In this document: piece after piece, positions 29,373 to 39,225 of the stretch
Layout of the letters: each line of letters starts with the position of its first letter
How positions within the stretch are numbered: the stretch's first letter is position 1
Source of the DNA: a virus
Length of the DNA: 64,000 nt
Reading direction: 5' to 3' (one strand)
Virus record (IMG/VR): IMGVR_UViG_3300032675_000009
Location: 19,314 to 83,313 of that record
Notes under the pieces: generated by a model
Told to the model about the DNA's origin: nothing
Seen by the model: only the letters and a program-made list of their open reading frames with translations
Database searches by the model: none
Program-made: the position numbers and the translations under genes

Positions 29373-32300
29373 ATGGGATCTGCGGTTATTGATTTGGAAA
29401 CCCGCGCTCGTAGAATGGCAGCCACGATGCCTCGAGCGGATTCCACTGCGGATGTGTCATCCGACTTAGAGGCGCGCGCTAAGCGCATGGCCGCGACCAT
29501 GGCCGTAGAGCCGGTCCGGTCACCGAGCAATCAAGAATACGAGAAGCCGCCGTCGCTAATGGAGCGCGCCAAGAAAGTCGGTGGCGAACTCCTGGGGTCA
29601 GCCCAGACGCCGATTCCGGTTACCCTCAACCGGATGCTCGGCACGCCGCAGGAATCGAACCCTATGGCGCAGAGCGGGAAGGCGCTGGGTCACACCATCC
29701 GGCAGGGACTGGGTGAAGCCGCCACCGCGCTCGTTGATATCCCGTTCGGCAAGGGAACAGCCGCGAAGATTGCAAACTATGAACCCGTCAATCCCGCGCT
29801 GAAGCATGTCAAGGACGCTGTGGATTTCGGCGGCGAACTGATTGAGCAGGGCAGTGAGGCGGCCGGTGGCCTGGTTGATTTCATGGCATCACCGCTGGGT
29901 ATTGCCACGGCCGGTGCTGGGATTATCCCGAAGGCGGCCGTCAAAGCGAGCGAGGTGGCGTTCGGCGCGCAGATGACTGGTGCCGCATGGGAGAAGATCA
30001 AAAAGGCAATCGACGACCCCACGGCGCACAACTTAGCTGATGCGCTCGTAGGCACTGTTATGGCGGCGCTGCCGGCAGTGCATGGTGTCAGCGAACACCT
30101 CAACGTCGGCAAGGATCTCAAAACTGAATTCAAGGGGGACGTGACCCCGGAGCCGCCGAAGCCATTGGAGCAGCAGATGTCCAGCGGCGATCTCGCTAAG
30201 GCGCTGAAGTCCGAGAAAGATCCTGCCAAGCTCGACAAGTTGAAGGCGGAAGCAAAGAAGCGACTCCAGGAGCATTACAAGCAGGCGAGTCAGTCCGCAT
30301 CGGTACCGCCTGAAAAGTTGTCCGATGCCGCGCTACAGCAGACGATGCAGGTGGAAACCGGACCGCGCCGGAAGGAACTCGAAGCTGAGGCCCAGAAGCG
30401 CGGCGTGCCCGTCGTTGCGCCGATACCCGCCGCGCAGGCGGCGGCCGAGACGTTCAAACCGATCACCGATTACGACGCACTGTTTGACCAAGCCGATAAG
30501 TTGGAAGCACGCCGGAAACGCGAGAAGCCGACGATTCCCACTGAGGGACCGTCCGACGAGGAGCAGCGCCAAGCGGCGGCGCGCGAGGATGTTTCTTCCC
30601 AGTTGGGCAACACTGTTCCCTACGACCAATTGGAGCCGGAAGAGAAACAGGTCGTCGATGACTTCATTGCAGGTGGGTACATCGGCGTAGGGGCACCGGA
30701 GCGGCCTCCCGCAGCCGCTACGGAAGCGCCCTCAGTGGAACCGCCGAAGCCGCGCAGGTCTACTAAGGTCTACTTGGATGGGCAGCCGAGTTCGCTGATG
30801 TCAGATATTGTAAGTCGTTCAGGCCGTCTTGATATTGGCGCGGAAACTCATGGCGAGGGCGATGCTGGGCACTGGGAAGTCGGGCCAACATCGGAAGAGT
30901 TTGGGCCGACATTCGTACCACGAAAAGTAAACCCGGCGCACTTAGCAACACAGGCGGACAACGCAAGAAATGCAAAGCCGCGAGTTGAAACGAAAGCGGC
31001 AGAACTTGGAACGGCACCGCCCGAACGTGAGACGAAACCCGTAGTTAGTGAAACGAAAGTAGTCTCCGGAGAACCCCCAGCACCGCGCCGAAATAAGAAA
31101 AACCAGCAGGCCAGGGCCAAAGCCGAGAACCTCAAAGGGAAAACCGTTCGCAACTACTTTGGTGAGTTGGATCAGGTGCTGGATGTTACTTTTGACGGCG
31201 AGATACCAATCTACACGGTCAAGGACTTGGCGACCGGAGAGGTGCGCAATCACAGCACCCCAATCAAGGACAGTGACGTTGCGGTCTCCGCTGAACCGCC
31301 AGCTGGAAGGACAAGTGATGTCCATCGCGACCCGGAGACCCTGAAAAGGCTAGGACCGTCCACAGCCATAGACATTCAGCGCGACCAAGAGCCGCCGAAA
31401 AGACTTACGGACATGTCCGAATCCGGACAGGACGCGTCAACCGTTTCACGGGAAACATCAGAGGTCGAACCGAAGGAACAGTCAGAGTACCAAAAGAACT
31501 ACGCTGCATTCAGTGCGGATGCCGGCTCCTACGAAAAGGGTTCTCGCGTCAAGGCGCTGACGGACAAGATCGCGCAGCACGCCAGAACGCTCGGCATGAA
31601 GCCGGAGGAACTGCAAAAGGAGTTGAGTGACGTTTACGGCTGGGCGCCGCGTGACGTCGACATTGCGGTAGGGAAAGCGTTCAAGACATCAGAGGTGTCA
31701 GCCGAGCCACCACCGAAGCGCGCGCGCAAGGGAAGCGGCGGCAAGGTTGTAGTCTCACGACCAACCCAAGAGGCGAGCGTGGAGCCTCCGGCGCCACGAC
31801 GGAGTGGATGGGAAAGTCAGCCCGCCCCGGACTGGTGGAAGAAGGCCCACGGATCGGAGTCGATTACTGAGCCATGGGATACCGTGCGGGACGCCTATGT
31901 CAAGCGCACTCAAACAGATCCGCAATTCCAGCAGACGATGATGGACTACGCCCACGACTGGGCTGACGGCACGGCGGAAGCGGGGCGCGATCGCAGGGCT
32001 ATGTCCGAATCCGGACCTGAGGCCAGCGCTGAGCCACCGGCCAGGTCTGGTTCATTGCTGGACAAAGTGCAGTCCATGGAACCGATCAAAGGCGTTCCGG
32101 TTTCCACGCTTCGCTTGCGTAAGGAGTTCCCGGGGCTCACCAAGGAAGAGTTCGACCAGCAGGCCCTGAGGCTCCGCAAGGAGCAGAAGGTGTTCCTATC
32201 GCAGTACGGGGACAACGTGAACAACCTGAGCCAAGCGGACCGGGACATATTGATTCACGATCCGGCGACCGGCGAGTACTTCGTGGCCGTGGCGGAGCGC

Positions 32301-35165
32301 ACTTCGGATGAAGCGCCAGGTGGAGATGAACCGCCGGAAACGCCGGATCGCAACGGCGATATTCCCGACGACAATCGCAACGTTGTAGGCAATCCGTACA
32401 AGATCAAAGGCAGCAAAATCAGAAAGGGCAACGGGTCGATTGACTTCGGGGCCTACGTTTCCAAGATCAACGATGGCATCAGGGAAGCGTGGGATCGGGT
32501 TCGCCATCCAGACAAATACACCCAGCATTCCAGTGTTAAGGCCAACGTCATGGACTGGATGATCCGAAACCTTTCGGAGTTGTCTGAGGTGGCGCCTGAT
32601 GTTCACACCGATGCGCTGCGTGCGACCGGAAGCAAGGGGCAAGCTAACATCTTGTCTGTCACCGTGCTGCCCAGGATTGCGAAAGCGCTAGAGGGAAGCC
32701 AAATTAGCCCGGATATATTCCTCGCCGCTCTTGAGCAAGACCGTTTGGATGGAATCAAGTCGGGATGGGGAAGACTGGCTGCAGATGTTCGGAGATTGAC
32801 TCCGGATGAGTTCATGGCATCCGCTGGCGCTTACCAGTGGTTTGTCGACGCGATCAAGGACAAAAGCGCGTTCCAGGGTGACACAGTAGCCGAAGCCTAT
32901 CTGCGAGGAATCGGCGGCCGGATGACCCAACTGATCGAGAACAATAAACTCGAAGAAGCCAGAAACCTGGCGGCCGGTGCATATGAACTGGCCGCTCAGA
33001 AAACAGGAACGATCTTTGGCTCGAAGCCGGCTCAGTTGCAGTACTCGAAGATCAGTGTCAATGATCCTCACGTAGCCGAGGCGCTGAAGATTTACAAGGA
33101 GGGCATCGAGGCACCGGCGGCGAAGGCACATAAGCGGAACGAGGGTGTGTTTGCGGATTGGGTGGGGCCGAAGTTCGGCACTTGGGTTCCGCTGTCTGCT
33201 CCTAAGGAAACGGGCATCCGCCGATGGCTGCAAATTCCCGCATCCTCACCGTACAAGAAAGGGCGCAACATCGCCAATTACTTCACGACCGGGTTGAGCA
33301 AGGACTACGACCTGACGTGGCGCGGCATGCTCGAAACTCTTGGGGCGTACAACCGAAACTCCAATATGAATGCGCTCAAAGAAGCCATGGTGCATTTCGG
33401 GATAATCCAAGAGGTAAAGCCATACAAGAGCGCGCCAGCGGAAATATACTATGCCGGTAAAATGGTTCCGGCGGTCGTTATACCCTTGGGGGTTGATCGT
33501 ATCCAGAAGTCCGCCAGCGGAAAACTGAATTTCATCCCTGCTCGAAAAGGCGTAATCCCGGCGACGATCAAAAACGAGATTGATATTTTGCTGAAGCACT
33601 ACAAGGACCCAGCCACTGGTATGGCAGCGGTAGCTGAGGGCATGGCTGCAGTGTTGACCAAAGGCACATTGATGGGGGTAACCGATGCCGAATTCCACTC
33701 CCTGAATTTATTGGGCGGACTCATCGGTAATACCCCATGGCTGGAGAACTCACTGTTTTCAAAAACGGTCGGTGGTTGGTTCCCGATCAAGGCGCTTCAC
33801 GCGATCTACAAGCTCTCCAATATTGACCCGCTGGACCCGAAGTGGGCTAAGTCACTGCAGGAGTTGGCGGACCTTGGTTTGGTGCCAGACAAGTACGGCC
33901 ATGAGACGTACAGCAAGAAACTTGCGGAATTGACTGGTGCTGAAAAGGTTACATTCAGCGCCGGGCCACTGTTGTTCGGCCCAAAGGGCATTGACATCCG
34001 CGCCAGGTTGCTGATGTACGAAATCTCTAAAGAGGTCAACCCTCTGGCGACTCCGCAACAGCACTTCAGGTTTGTCAGTCAGTTGGGAAATTACGTTCGC
34101 GATAATCAAAGTTTCGTGGAGCGCGGTTTGAAAAATGTGAATCTAGGCACGTTCGCCACGGCTGGACTTACCGCTTTCCGGAATGGCGTCAACGCGGCAT
34201 TCAGTACGGGACCGCTTCCGATCAGGCCGGAAATCGAGCGAGCCGCGAATCCGCCGGAATCTTACAAGGGCGACCCCAAGCGCGTCATCGAGATGCAGAA
34301 GATGACGAACGAGGAGTGGCAGTCCCATGCGGCCATGCAGCGTTTCAAGGAGAAGGTGCGGCAGCAGATGACGGTTGGCATAGTCAGCATGGCTGCTACG
34401 GCCCTCATAGCCAACTACGCTGTTCGCCAAAAGTGGGCGTGGGATGATAAAGCCCAACGTTTAGGAAAAGTCATTGCCCCGGACTGGCTCAGACAGAGCA
34501 CGTTCGGAATTAGCTACTGGGGACCGGACCTGAACAAACTTGGCTACTTGGATATCAGAACGTTCAACCCGGATATGTTCCGCGTCTCAGAGATCACGGG
34601 AGTGGAGAATTTTCTCAATACACTGCAAAAAGGTGGCAGCGTGGGAATGGCTAGCGAAGAAGCCAAGCGGCAATTCTACAACTCCGCTATGGCTCCAGTA
34701 ACTCGTAGCCCCGTGGTCAGGTTCGCAACAGTTGCGGCGTTCGGTAAGGAGCCGTACATCACGCAGTTGAGAAATCGGCAGACAGGAGCGCCGGAGGTTA
34801 CTTGGATGTCAGCCTCCAAAACCAAGCAGCCTGGGCTTTCGCAGGAAGCAGAGAACATCAGGGAGGCGTTCGCCGGCATCAACCCCATGGGGCTTCAGTG
34901 GTCGGGTGCGATGGGATTGGGCGAGCGCGGCGAACTGGAAGAATCGTACGGTGGAAAAGCGTGGGTAAGGAATGCAACCGGAATGGTATTTCCCCGCTTC
35001 TTCGCACTAGGGGAAAACCCTGACTTGGAAACCAAGAAGCTGAAGGACCTCCAGAAGCGGATCGATGCAACCGTGAAGAAAGAAGAGACCCCTCCCGAAC
35101 TACGAACGCACGGTCACGCGAATTCCGCCGCGCCGCCGGCACCACGAAGATCGCACCACAAATGA
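29373..35165 (+). CDS. Large internal virion/ejection protein (1930 aa)
   Basis: Largest gene at the end of the late module; disordered P/E-rich centre and helical C-terminus. Confidence 0.6.
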   Translation: MGSAVIDLETRARRMAATMPRADSTADVSSDLEARAKRMAATMAVEPVRSPSNQEYEKPPSLMERAKKVGGELLGSAQTPIPVTLNRMLGTPQESNPMAQSGKALGHTIRQGLGEAATALVDIPFGKGTAAKIANYEPVNPALKHVKDAVDFGGELIEQGSEAAGGLVDFMASPLGIATAGAGIIPKAAVKASEVAFGAQMTGAAWEKIKKAIDDPTAHNLADALVGTVMAALPAVHGVSEHLNVGKDLKTEFKGDVTPEPPKPLEQQMSSGDLAKALKSEKDPAKLDKLKAEAKKRLQEHYKQASQSASVPPEKLSDAALQQTMQVETGPRRKELEAEAQKRGVPVVAPIPAAQAAAETFKPITDYDALFDQADKLEARRKREKPTIPTEGPSDEEQRQAAAREDVSSQLGNTVPYDQLEPEEKQVVDDFIAGGYIGVGAPERPPAAATEAPSVEPPKPRRSTKVYLDGQPSSLMSDIVSRSGRLDIGAETHGEGDAGHWEVGPTSEEFGPTFVPRKVNPAHLATQADNARNAKPRVETKAAELGTAPPERETKPVVSETKVVSGEPPAPRRNKKNQQARAKAENLKGKTVRNYFGELDQVLDVTFDGEIPIYTVKDLATGEVRNHSTPIKDSDVAVSAEPPAGRTSDVHRDPETLKRLGPSTAIDIQRDQEPPKRLTDMSESGQDASTVSRETSEVEPKEQSEYQKNYAAFSADAGSYEKGSRVKALTDKIAQHARTLGMKPEELQKELSDVYGWAPRDVDIAVGKAFKTSEVSAEPPPKRARKGSGGKVVVSRPTQEASVEPPAPRRSGWESQPAPDWWKKAHGSESITEPWDTVRDAYVKRTQTDPQFQQTMMDYAHDWADGTAEAGRDRRAMSESGPEASAEPPARSGSLLDKVQSMEPIKGVPVSTLRLRKEFPGLTKEEFDQQALRLRKEQKVFLSQYGDNVNNLSQADRDILIHDPATGEYFVAVAERTSDEAPGGDEPPETPDRNGDIPDDNRNVVGNPYKIKGSKIRKGNGSIDFGAYVSKINDGIREAWDRVRHPDKYTQHSSVKANVMDWMIRNLSELSEVAPDVHTDALRATGSKGQANILSVTVLPRIAKALEGSQISPDIFLAALEQDRLDGIKSGWGRLAADVRRLTPDEFMASAGAYQWFVDAIKDKSAFQGDTVAEAYLRGIGGRMTQLIENNKLEEARNLAAGAYELAAQKTGTIFGSKPAQLQYSKISVNDPHVAEALKIYKEGIEAPAAKAHKRNEGVFADWVGPKFGTWVPLSAPKETGIRRWLQIPASSPYKKGRNIANYFTTGLSKDYDLTWRGMLETLGAYNRNSNMNALKEAMVHFGIIQEVKPYKSAPAEIYYAGKMVPAVVIPLGVDRIQKSASGKLNFIPARKGVIPATIKNEIDILLKHYKDPATGMAAVAEGMAAVLTKGTLMGVTDAEFHSLNLLGGLIGNTPWLENSLFSKTVGGWFPIKALHAIYKLSNIDPLDPKWAKSLQELADLGLVPDKYGHETYSKKLAELTGAEKVTFSAGPLLFGPKGIDIRARLLMYEISKEVNPLATPQQHFRFVSQLGNYVRDNQSFVERGLKNVNLGTFATAGLTAFRNGVNAAFSTGPLPIRPEIERAANPPESYKGDPKRVIEMQKMTNEEWQSHAAMQRFKEKVRQQMTVGIVSMAATALIANYAVRQKWAWDDKAQRLGKVIAPDWLRQSTFGISYWGPDLNKLGYLDIRTFNPDMFRVSEITGVENFLNTLQKGGSVGMASEEAKRQFYNSAMAPVTRSPVVRFATVAAFGKEPYITQLRNRQTGAPEVTWMSASKTKQPGLSQEAENIREAFAGINPMGLQWSGAMGLGERGELEESYGGKAWVRNATGMVFPRFFALGENPDLETKKLKDLQKRIDATVKKEETPPELRTHGHANSAAPPAPRRSHHK

Positions 35166-35551
35166 GAAAGGAACAACCACGCATGCCCACTGACTACAGA
35201 CACCCTTCGAGCGACGTAGCCCTCAACCTGATGCACTCAGTCGTCCAGCAGTGCTTGTTCAACCGGGCGTTCCCCGCCGAACTAAAGATCTTGGACAGGG
35301 ATATGAAGGTGATTGATCAAGTGCGACTTGTGTCGGCCGAGGACGAATCGATTAAGGCGGCCATGCGGTTGATCCGCCGCACCAGCCAAGCTCACGCGGT
35401 TCGCATTGAGCCTGGCCCCCAGTCAACCGTTGCGGTGAGGTGCTGGATTAAGATCGTCTCGTCATACCAAACGCCGGACGATCGAGCGTCGGCCACGCGC
35501 AGCGTGTGGGAGCGAAATTACGGCATTGACCCGGACGGGCTTACGGCCTGA
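35162..35551 (+). CDS. Hypothetical protein
   Basis: Overlaps the previous stop; last + strand gene before the convergence point. Confidence 0.5.
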   Translation: MRKEQPRMPTDYRHPSSDVALNLMHSVVQQCLFNRAFPAELKILDRDMKVIDQVRLVSAEDESIKAAMRLIRRTSQAHAVRIEPGPQSTVAVRCWIKIVSSYQTPDDRASATRSVWERNYGIDPDGLTA

Positions 35552-35653
35552 CCTGCTTACAACTTAGGTCTCCCCAGTTAACGCCGTCACTGACGCCGCA
35601 CTTCTCGATCGCCACGTCTGTGGCTTGGCGTAGTTTGACTAATTCCTCTCGGT

Positions 35654-35815
35654 TCATTGCGCATACATCCAAGCCTGAACATCGCAGCGAAGGAACTCGG
35701 CTACGGTGCTGTTGTTCCGCACGAACCTGAGAGTGTGCTCCCCGGTTTCGATACTGTCGCATTTTACTGTGAAGGGATTCTCTCGACCCCTGACGTAAAT
35801 CTGGAAGGTGTTCAC
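35654..35815 (-). CDS. 53-aa hypothetical protein
   Basis: GTG start overlapping the Tad1-like stop; manual translation MNTFQIYVRGRENPFTVKCDS... Confidence 0.45.
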   Translation of the reverse strand: MNTFQIYVRGRENPFTVKCDSIETGEHTLRFVRNNSTVAEFLRCDVQAWMYAQ

Positions 35816-36183
35816 TTGACCAACTCTCCCTCAACGCCGCGCGCGATGCGCTCCTTGGTGCGGTTCTGCAGGAACTGCAACCCAATGCCGATGTGCTCCA
35901 AAGCGCAGGCATTTGCCGTACAGGTAAATGGCCCGTCCTGGAACGAGTTCAATCGGTCCATCACGATCGCTAGTAGCGCCTCGTGAGTGAGTCCATTCAC
36001 ACCTGCTTCCTTGATCGGTCCGTTCTGGAATTTAATCAGAACAGACTCCGGGTCATCGTGTCCGAATCCGGACACCAAGTACTCATGGTTCGCCCCGCCG
36101 GCTCCCGGCTCGTCGATCACCTCGATCTTCAACTGATGGTTTGCCGAATCGCCTTCGACAATGTGGTCTGTGATTGTTCTCAT
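35812..36183 (-). CDS. tad1: Tad1/Acb2-family anti-defence signal-sponge protein
   Basis: FQNGPIKEAGVNGLTHEALLAIVMDRLNSFQDGPFTC..N...RTKERIARGVEG matches my recollection of the Tad1 signature (FQxGPIKExGVNG...RLxxFQ...C.EN...RTxxRxxRxVEG). Confidence 0.8.
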   Translation of the reverse strand: MRTITDHIVEGDSANHQLKIEVIDEPGAGGANHEYLVSGFGHDDPESVLIKFQNGPIKEAGVNGLTHEALLAIVMDRLNSFQDGPFTCTANACALEHIGIGLQFLQNRTKERIARGVEGELVK

Positions 36184-36217
36184 GTTAATCGTTTTTCCCT
36201 TCTCTCAAAACTAACTT

Positions 36218-36646
36218 TTATCGAGTCCCTTTCTTCGCTCGCAGGCGAAGTCCGGATTCGGACATGGGAATCGGCCTCGGCATGATCTCGACAACCGTTT
36301 TGTAGTGGTCGGAGATCACCGCCGGCTCAATAATAATACGCCCGTTGTTCCGGGCGATGGAATCGTTCTTCAAGACCTTCATTTTGACAAGGCAATCCAG
36401 GAGCGTGCTGACCATGTTATCTCGATCGCTTCGGCCGTCCGCCACAGTAAACATGAACCAGATGTCCGGGGACTCCAGGTTGAGATCGCGGTACTCGCCC
36501 GGAACCTGCAGCATAATCGCATTCATTGAGTCCTGGGCCTTCTTCGAGTTGGCCACCCGCATCTTGCCGTCCTTGCCTACGAACGGAGTCTTGCTGTTCT
36601 TCTTGGCTTCGACCTTACCGAAGAACTCTAGGGTGATCAGGCTCAT
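36218..36646 (-). CDS. rusA: RusA-like Holliday junction resolvase
   Basis: AKKNS and DRDNMVSTLLDCL...ND catalytic pattern. Confidence 0.8.
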   Translation of the reverse strand: MSLITLEFFGKVEAKKNSKTPFVGKDGKMRVANSKKAQDSMNAIMLQVPGEYRDLNLESPDIWFMFTVADGRSDRDNMVSTLLDCLVKMKVLKNDSIARNNGRIIIEPAVISDHYKTVVEIMPRPIPMSESGLRLRAKKGTR

Positions 36647-37062
36647 GCGATGACCTTCAATCCATGGGCTTTGCCATGACAACCGGCACACAATGCGCGG
36701 AGATTAGATGGCTCGTGCGTTCCACCCTGACTCCTGAATTTCACGTGATGCACCTGAAGCGGTTTGACGCCACCACAGTCCTCGCACCTGTAGTCGCACT
36801 GCTTCAGCCTCAGTTTCTTGTGAAGATCCAAGACCGTCTGGACCAGCACCGCAAGCGCGCCCTTGAGGGTAGTGTCGGTGATCATGACGGCCGTTCCATC
36901 GCAGATCTTCGTGGCCACGGTGAGCATTCTACTGCCAGGCACAGCTGGCAATACCTCGATAGGGTAGCCGATCATCTTCTCGGCGTGCAGGATAGTCACT
37001 ACCAGATCATACGGAATTCGTTGACGGAATGCAAGGGGGGATTTACTCCAGGCCGATCCCAC
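36643..37062 (-). CDS. HNH endonuclease
   Basis: CEDCG..LQVHHVKFRSQGG...NLRALCAGCH; start uncertain. Confidence 0.85.
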   Translation of the reverse strand: MGSAWSKSPLAFRQRIPYDLVVTILHAEKMIGYPIEVLPAVPGSRMLTVATKICDGTAVMITDTTLKGALAVLVQTVLDLHKKLRLKQCDYRCEDCGGVKPLQVHHVKFRSQGGTHEPSNLRALCAGCHGKAHGLKVIA

Positions 37063-37139
37063 TGCGTCCGCTCACCTGGACGGCCCAAAGAGAACACCGT
37101 GCCGGAAGCGGAAGAAACGGCACGCCGATAGGGTATCAC

Positions 37140-37167
37140 AAAAAAGGCCCCCTGTACTAGCGGGGCC
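37140..37167 (-). terminator. Rho-independent terminator
   Basis: GGCCCC...GGGGCC stem followed by a T run on the minus strand. Confidence 0.65.
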
Positions 37168-37197
37168 ATTGCAGTGGTGCTACTCCGTCACCGAAGG

Positions 37198-37950
37198 TCA
37201 GTTGGCATCAACTTCCTTTTCCGATGGGTAGTCGTCATCGTCTTCCTCGGGCTGCTGCTGAAGGCCACTCAGGAATTCTGCCATGACGTACTCTAGAATC
37301 ACCCCGTGGTCCGAACTCGAACAAGCTGATTGAACCGCACCAGAGTTCACGAAATCAGTCCACATATTCGAGATTGCCCGGCTGGTGATGATCGTTATGC
37401 CGTACTTATCCTCGGAGGTGTCGAACAGCTTGCGCTTGACCAGCGCCTCTTTGAGTTCCGCAATCGTGCTGTTCTCTGCGATCGCCAGAAGCTCTTGGTA
37501 ATCCGAGTTCTTCTCGGTCGTCACGCTCGAAAGAATCGACATCGAGACAATGCCGATCTCCGCCTGCTTCTCAACGCTTAAAGACGGGAACGCCAGTGCG
37601 ACCTTCTTGGCCGCGTAGGCATCCGTGCGGGACACACCGAGTTTTTCGACAACTTCTTTCCGCATGAACTGCTCGAAGGACTGGTAGCCCAGTCGAGTGT
37701 AGCTCTCTGGGTTGTCGTGAATAGAAACCAGAAGCCGGCCGATCAGTGGTCGCATTTTGGCTGTGACTTCGCTGGCGCGAACCATGACTCGGCAACAGAC
37801 CGCGAGTGTTTCGTAAAGCGCTTCCGGAGTGAACTCCCGGTCCAAGACGAAATCGATCTTGGAGGTCGGCTCCAGCGCCGCCTTAAACATCTTCGCCTCA
37901 GACGGAGTGAGACTTGCCTGCTTGATGGATGGATCGGGAGTGGGTGCCAT
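37198..37950 (-). CDS. Putative HTH DNA-binding protein (DUF3102/partition-protein-like)
   Basis: IGRLL.....ESYTRLGYQSFEQF....LGVSRTDAY pattern typical of DUF3102-like phage/plasmid proteins. Confidence 0.55.
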   Translation of the reverse strand: MAPTPDPSIKQASLTPSEAKMFKAALEPTSKIDFVLDREFTPEALYETLAVCCRVMVRASEVTAKMRPLIGRLLVSIHDNPESYTRLGYQSFEQFMRKEVVEKLGVSRTDAYAAKKVALAFPSLSVEKQAEIGIVSMSILSSVTTEKNSDYQELLAIAENSTIAELKEALVKRKLFDTSEDKYGITIITSRAISNMWTDFVNSGAVQSACSSSDHGVILEYVMAEFLSGLQQQPEEDDDDYPSEKEVDAN

Positions 37951-37951
37951 G

Positions 37952-38167
37952 TTATTTAAGCGAGTCGATTGCCTTGTATATCTCAGATTCCCCGAGCCAA
38001 AGCCATGCAGGATCTTTGAAGGCATGGCAAGCGAAAACGGCCTTGGCACGATCAAGATCAGGTTCATGGTTCGGCTCATAGGCTATCTGTCTACATGTTG
38101 GCCATAGAATCTCCAGATCAATACGCCGAAGCCTTCGGTACCACCAGTTCAGGATGAGGGTCTTCAT
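37952..38167 (-). CDS. Hypothetical protein
   Basis: ORF in operon. Confidence 0.5.
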   Translation of the reverse strand: MKTLILNWWYRRLRRIDLEILWPTCRQIAYEPNHEPDLDRAKAVFACHAFKDPAWLWLGESEIYKAIDSLK

Positions 38168-38180
38168 CGCAATTCAGGAA

Positions 38181-38450
38181 TTATGATTCCGGTCCCAATG
38201 TAAGCTTAGCGCCGTCAATGCGCCGAGCAAGGGTAACAACCTCGTTGATCCCGTTACTCACGGCAATGGTGGCCGTGTTGATCGCGTCCACCCCTTGCTT
38301 AACCATCGGGCTTAGGCCGTCAATCACCTTGTTCGCCAATGTATCGAGATCCTTGGCCGACTGGGTTTCGAGCGCCGCGATCCGGTCCAGCGCCTCCTGT
38401 AGCATGGTCTGGGTTTTTGCCAAGTCAGCTTGTACGCCAAGGATGTCCAT
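38181..38450 (-). CDS. Hypothetical coiled-coil protein
   Basis: ORF in operon. Confidence 0.55.
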   Translation of the reverse strand: MDILGVQADLAKTQTMLQEALDRIAALETQSAKDLDTLANKVIDGLSPMVKQGVDAINTATIAVSNGINEVVTLARRIDGAKLTLGPES

Positions 38451-38452
38451 CT

Positions 38453-38647
38453 TTATTTACCTGACAACTTTCTGGCCGCCTTAACGATGGCCTGCTTGGT
38501 CGCGTGTGCCGCCTTCCTGCCCTGCTGGATTCGCTCCTTGATCGTCAATAGGTTAACGCCGATGGTGGTGCCGGCCGCTATGCCCGTCAGTGGAACTTTT
38601 GCGTCGCACAAGAGCGCGATGACAAAAAACGCGCAGAGCAGTTTCAT
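38453..38647 (-). CDS. Small exported/membrane protein
   Basis: Hydrophobic N-terminus, basic C-terminus. Confidence 0.55.
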   Translation of the reverse strand: MKLLCAFFVIALLCDAKVPLTGIAAGTTIGVNLLTIKERIQQGRKAAHATKQAIVKAARKLSGK

Positions 38648-38648
38648 C

Positions 38649-39215
38649 CTAGAAAAACTTTCCGATTGAAAGGATCACGTTGGGGGTGACTTGATTTGGG
38701 ACCACGGCCGTCGTTGAGGTAACCGCCGTTATTCCGACCTCAGCTACCACGCTCCACCCGGACAGTTTACCCGAAAGATCGTACTTTCCAAATCCGCCTC
38801 CACTGAAGTTTCCCACGGTTGGAGTGGCCGTTGAGATTCCAGCCGCAAGTAGTCCGCCAAGCGTGAAGTTGCCCGACTTGGCGAACACCTTGGCTACGCC
38901 AGTGTCGACCGTGCTGTAGGTAGAATTGATCCGAAGATGGTTAACCCAGTACGTCCCGCTGCCGGTCCCGATCTCCAGCCATGTTCCAATTACTCCATTG
39001 GCCGCTTGCGGAGTGGAGTTCTGGGTGTAACTGGCACCAAACGTGACACCGTAGGCGAAGTCCTGTGGCGTGCTAACCGGAAGCGTGGGAGCGGCCGGCG
39101 CGGGGTTCGTGACCGTGGTCGTGGTTGCAACTGGGGTTGTGGTGGTTGTTGGGGTTGTGGTTTGAGCGCTCAGGGTGCCCGCGAGGATTAATAAAGCGAT
39201 AGATGGTGTTCTCAT
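38649..39215 (-). CDS. Secreted outer-membrane beta-barrel-like protein
   Basis: Signal peptide ending LSA-Q, T/P linker, alternating amphipathic strands, C-terminal Phe (ILSIGKFF). Confidence 0.6.
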   Translation of the reverse strand: MRTPSIALLILAGTLSAQTTTPTTTTTPVATTTTVTNPAPAAPTLPVSTPQDFAYGVTFGASYTQNSTPQAANGVIGTWLEIGTGSGTYWVNHLRINSTYSTVDTGVAKVFAKSGNFTLGGLLAAGISTATPTVGNFSGGGFGKYDLSGKLSGWSVVAEVGITAVTSTTAVVPNQVTPNVILSIGKFF

Positions 39216-39225
39216 AATTGTTGGT

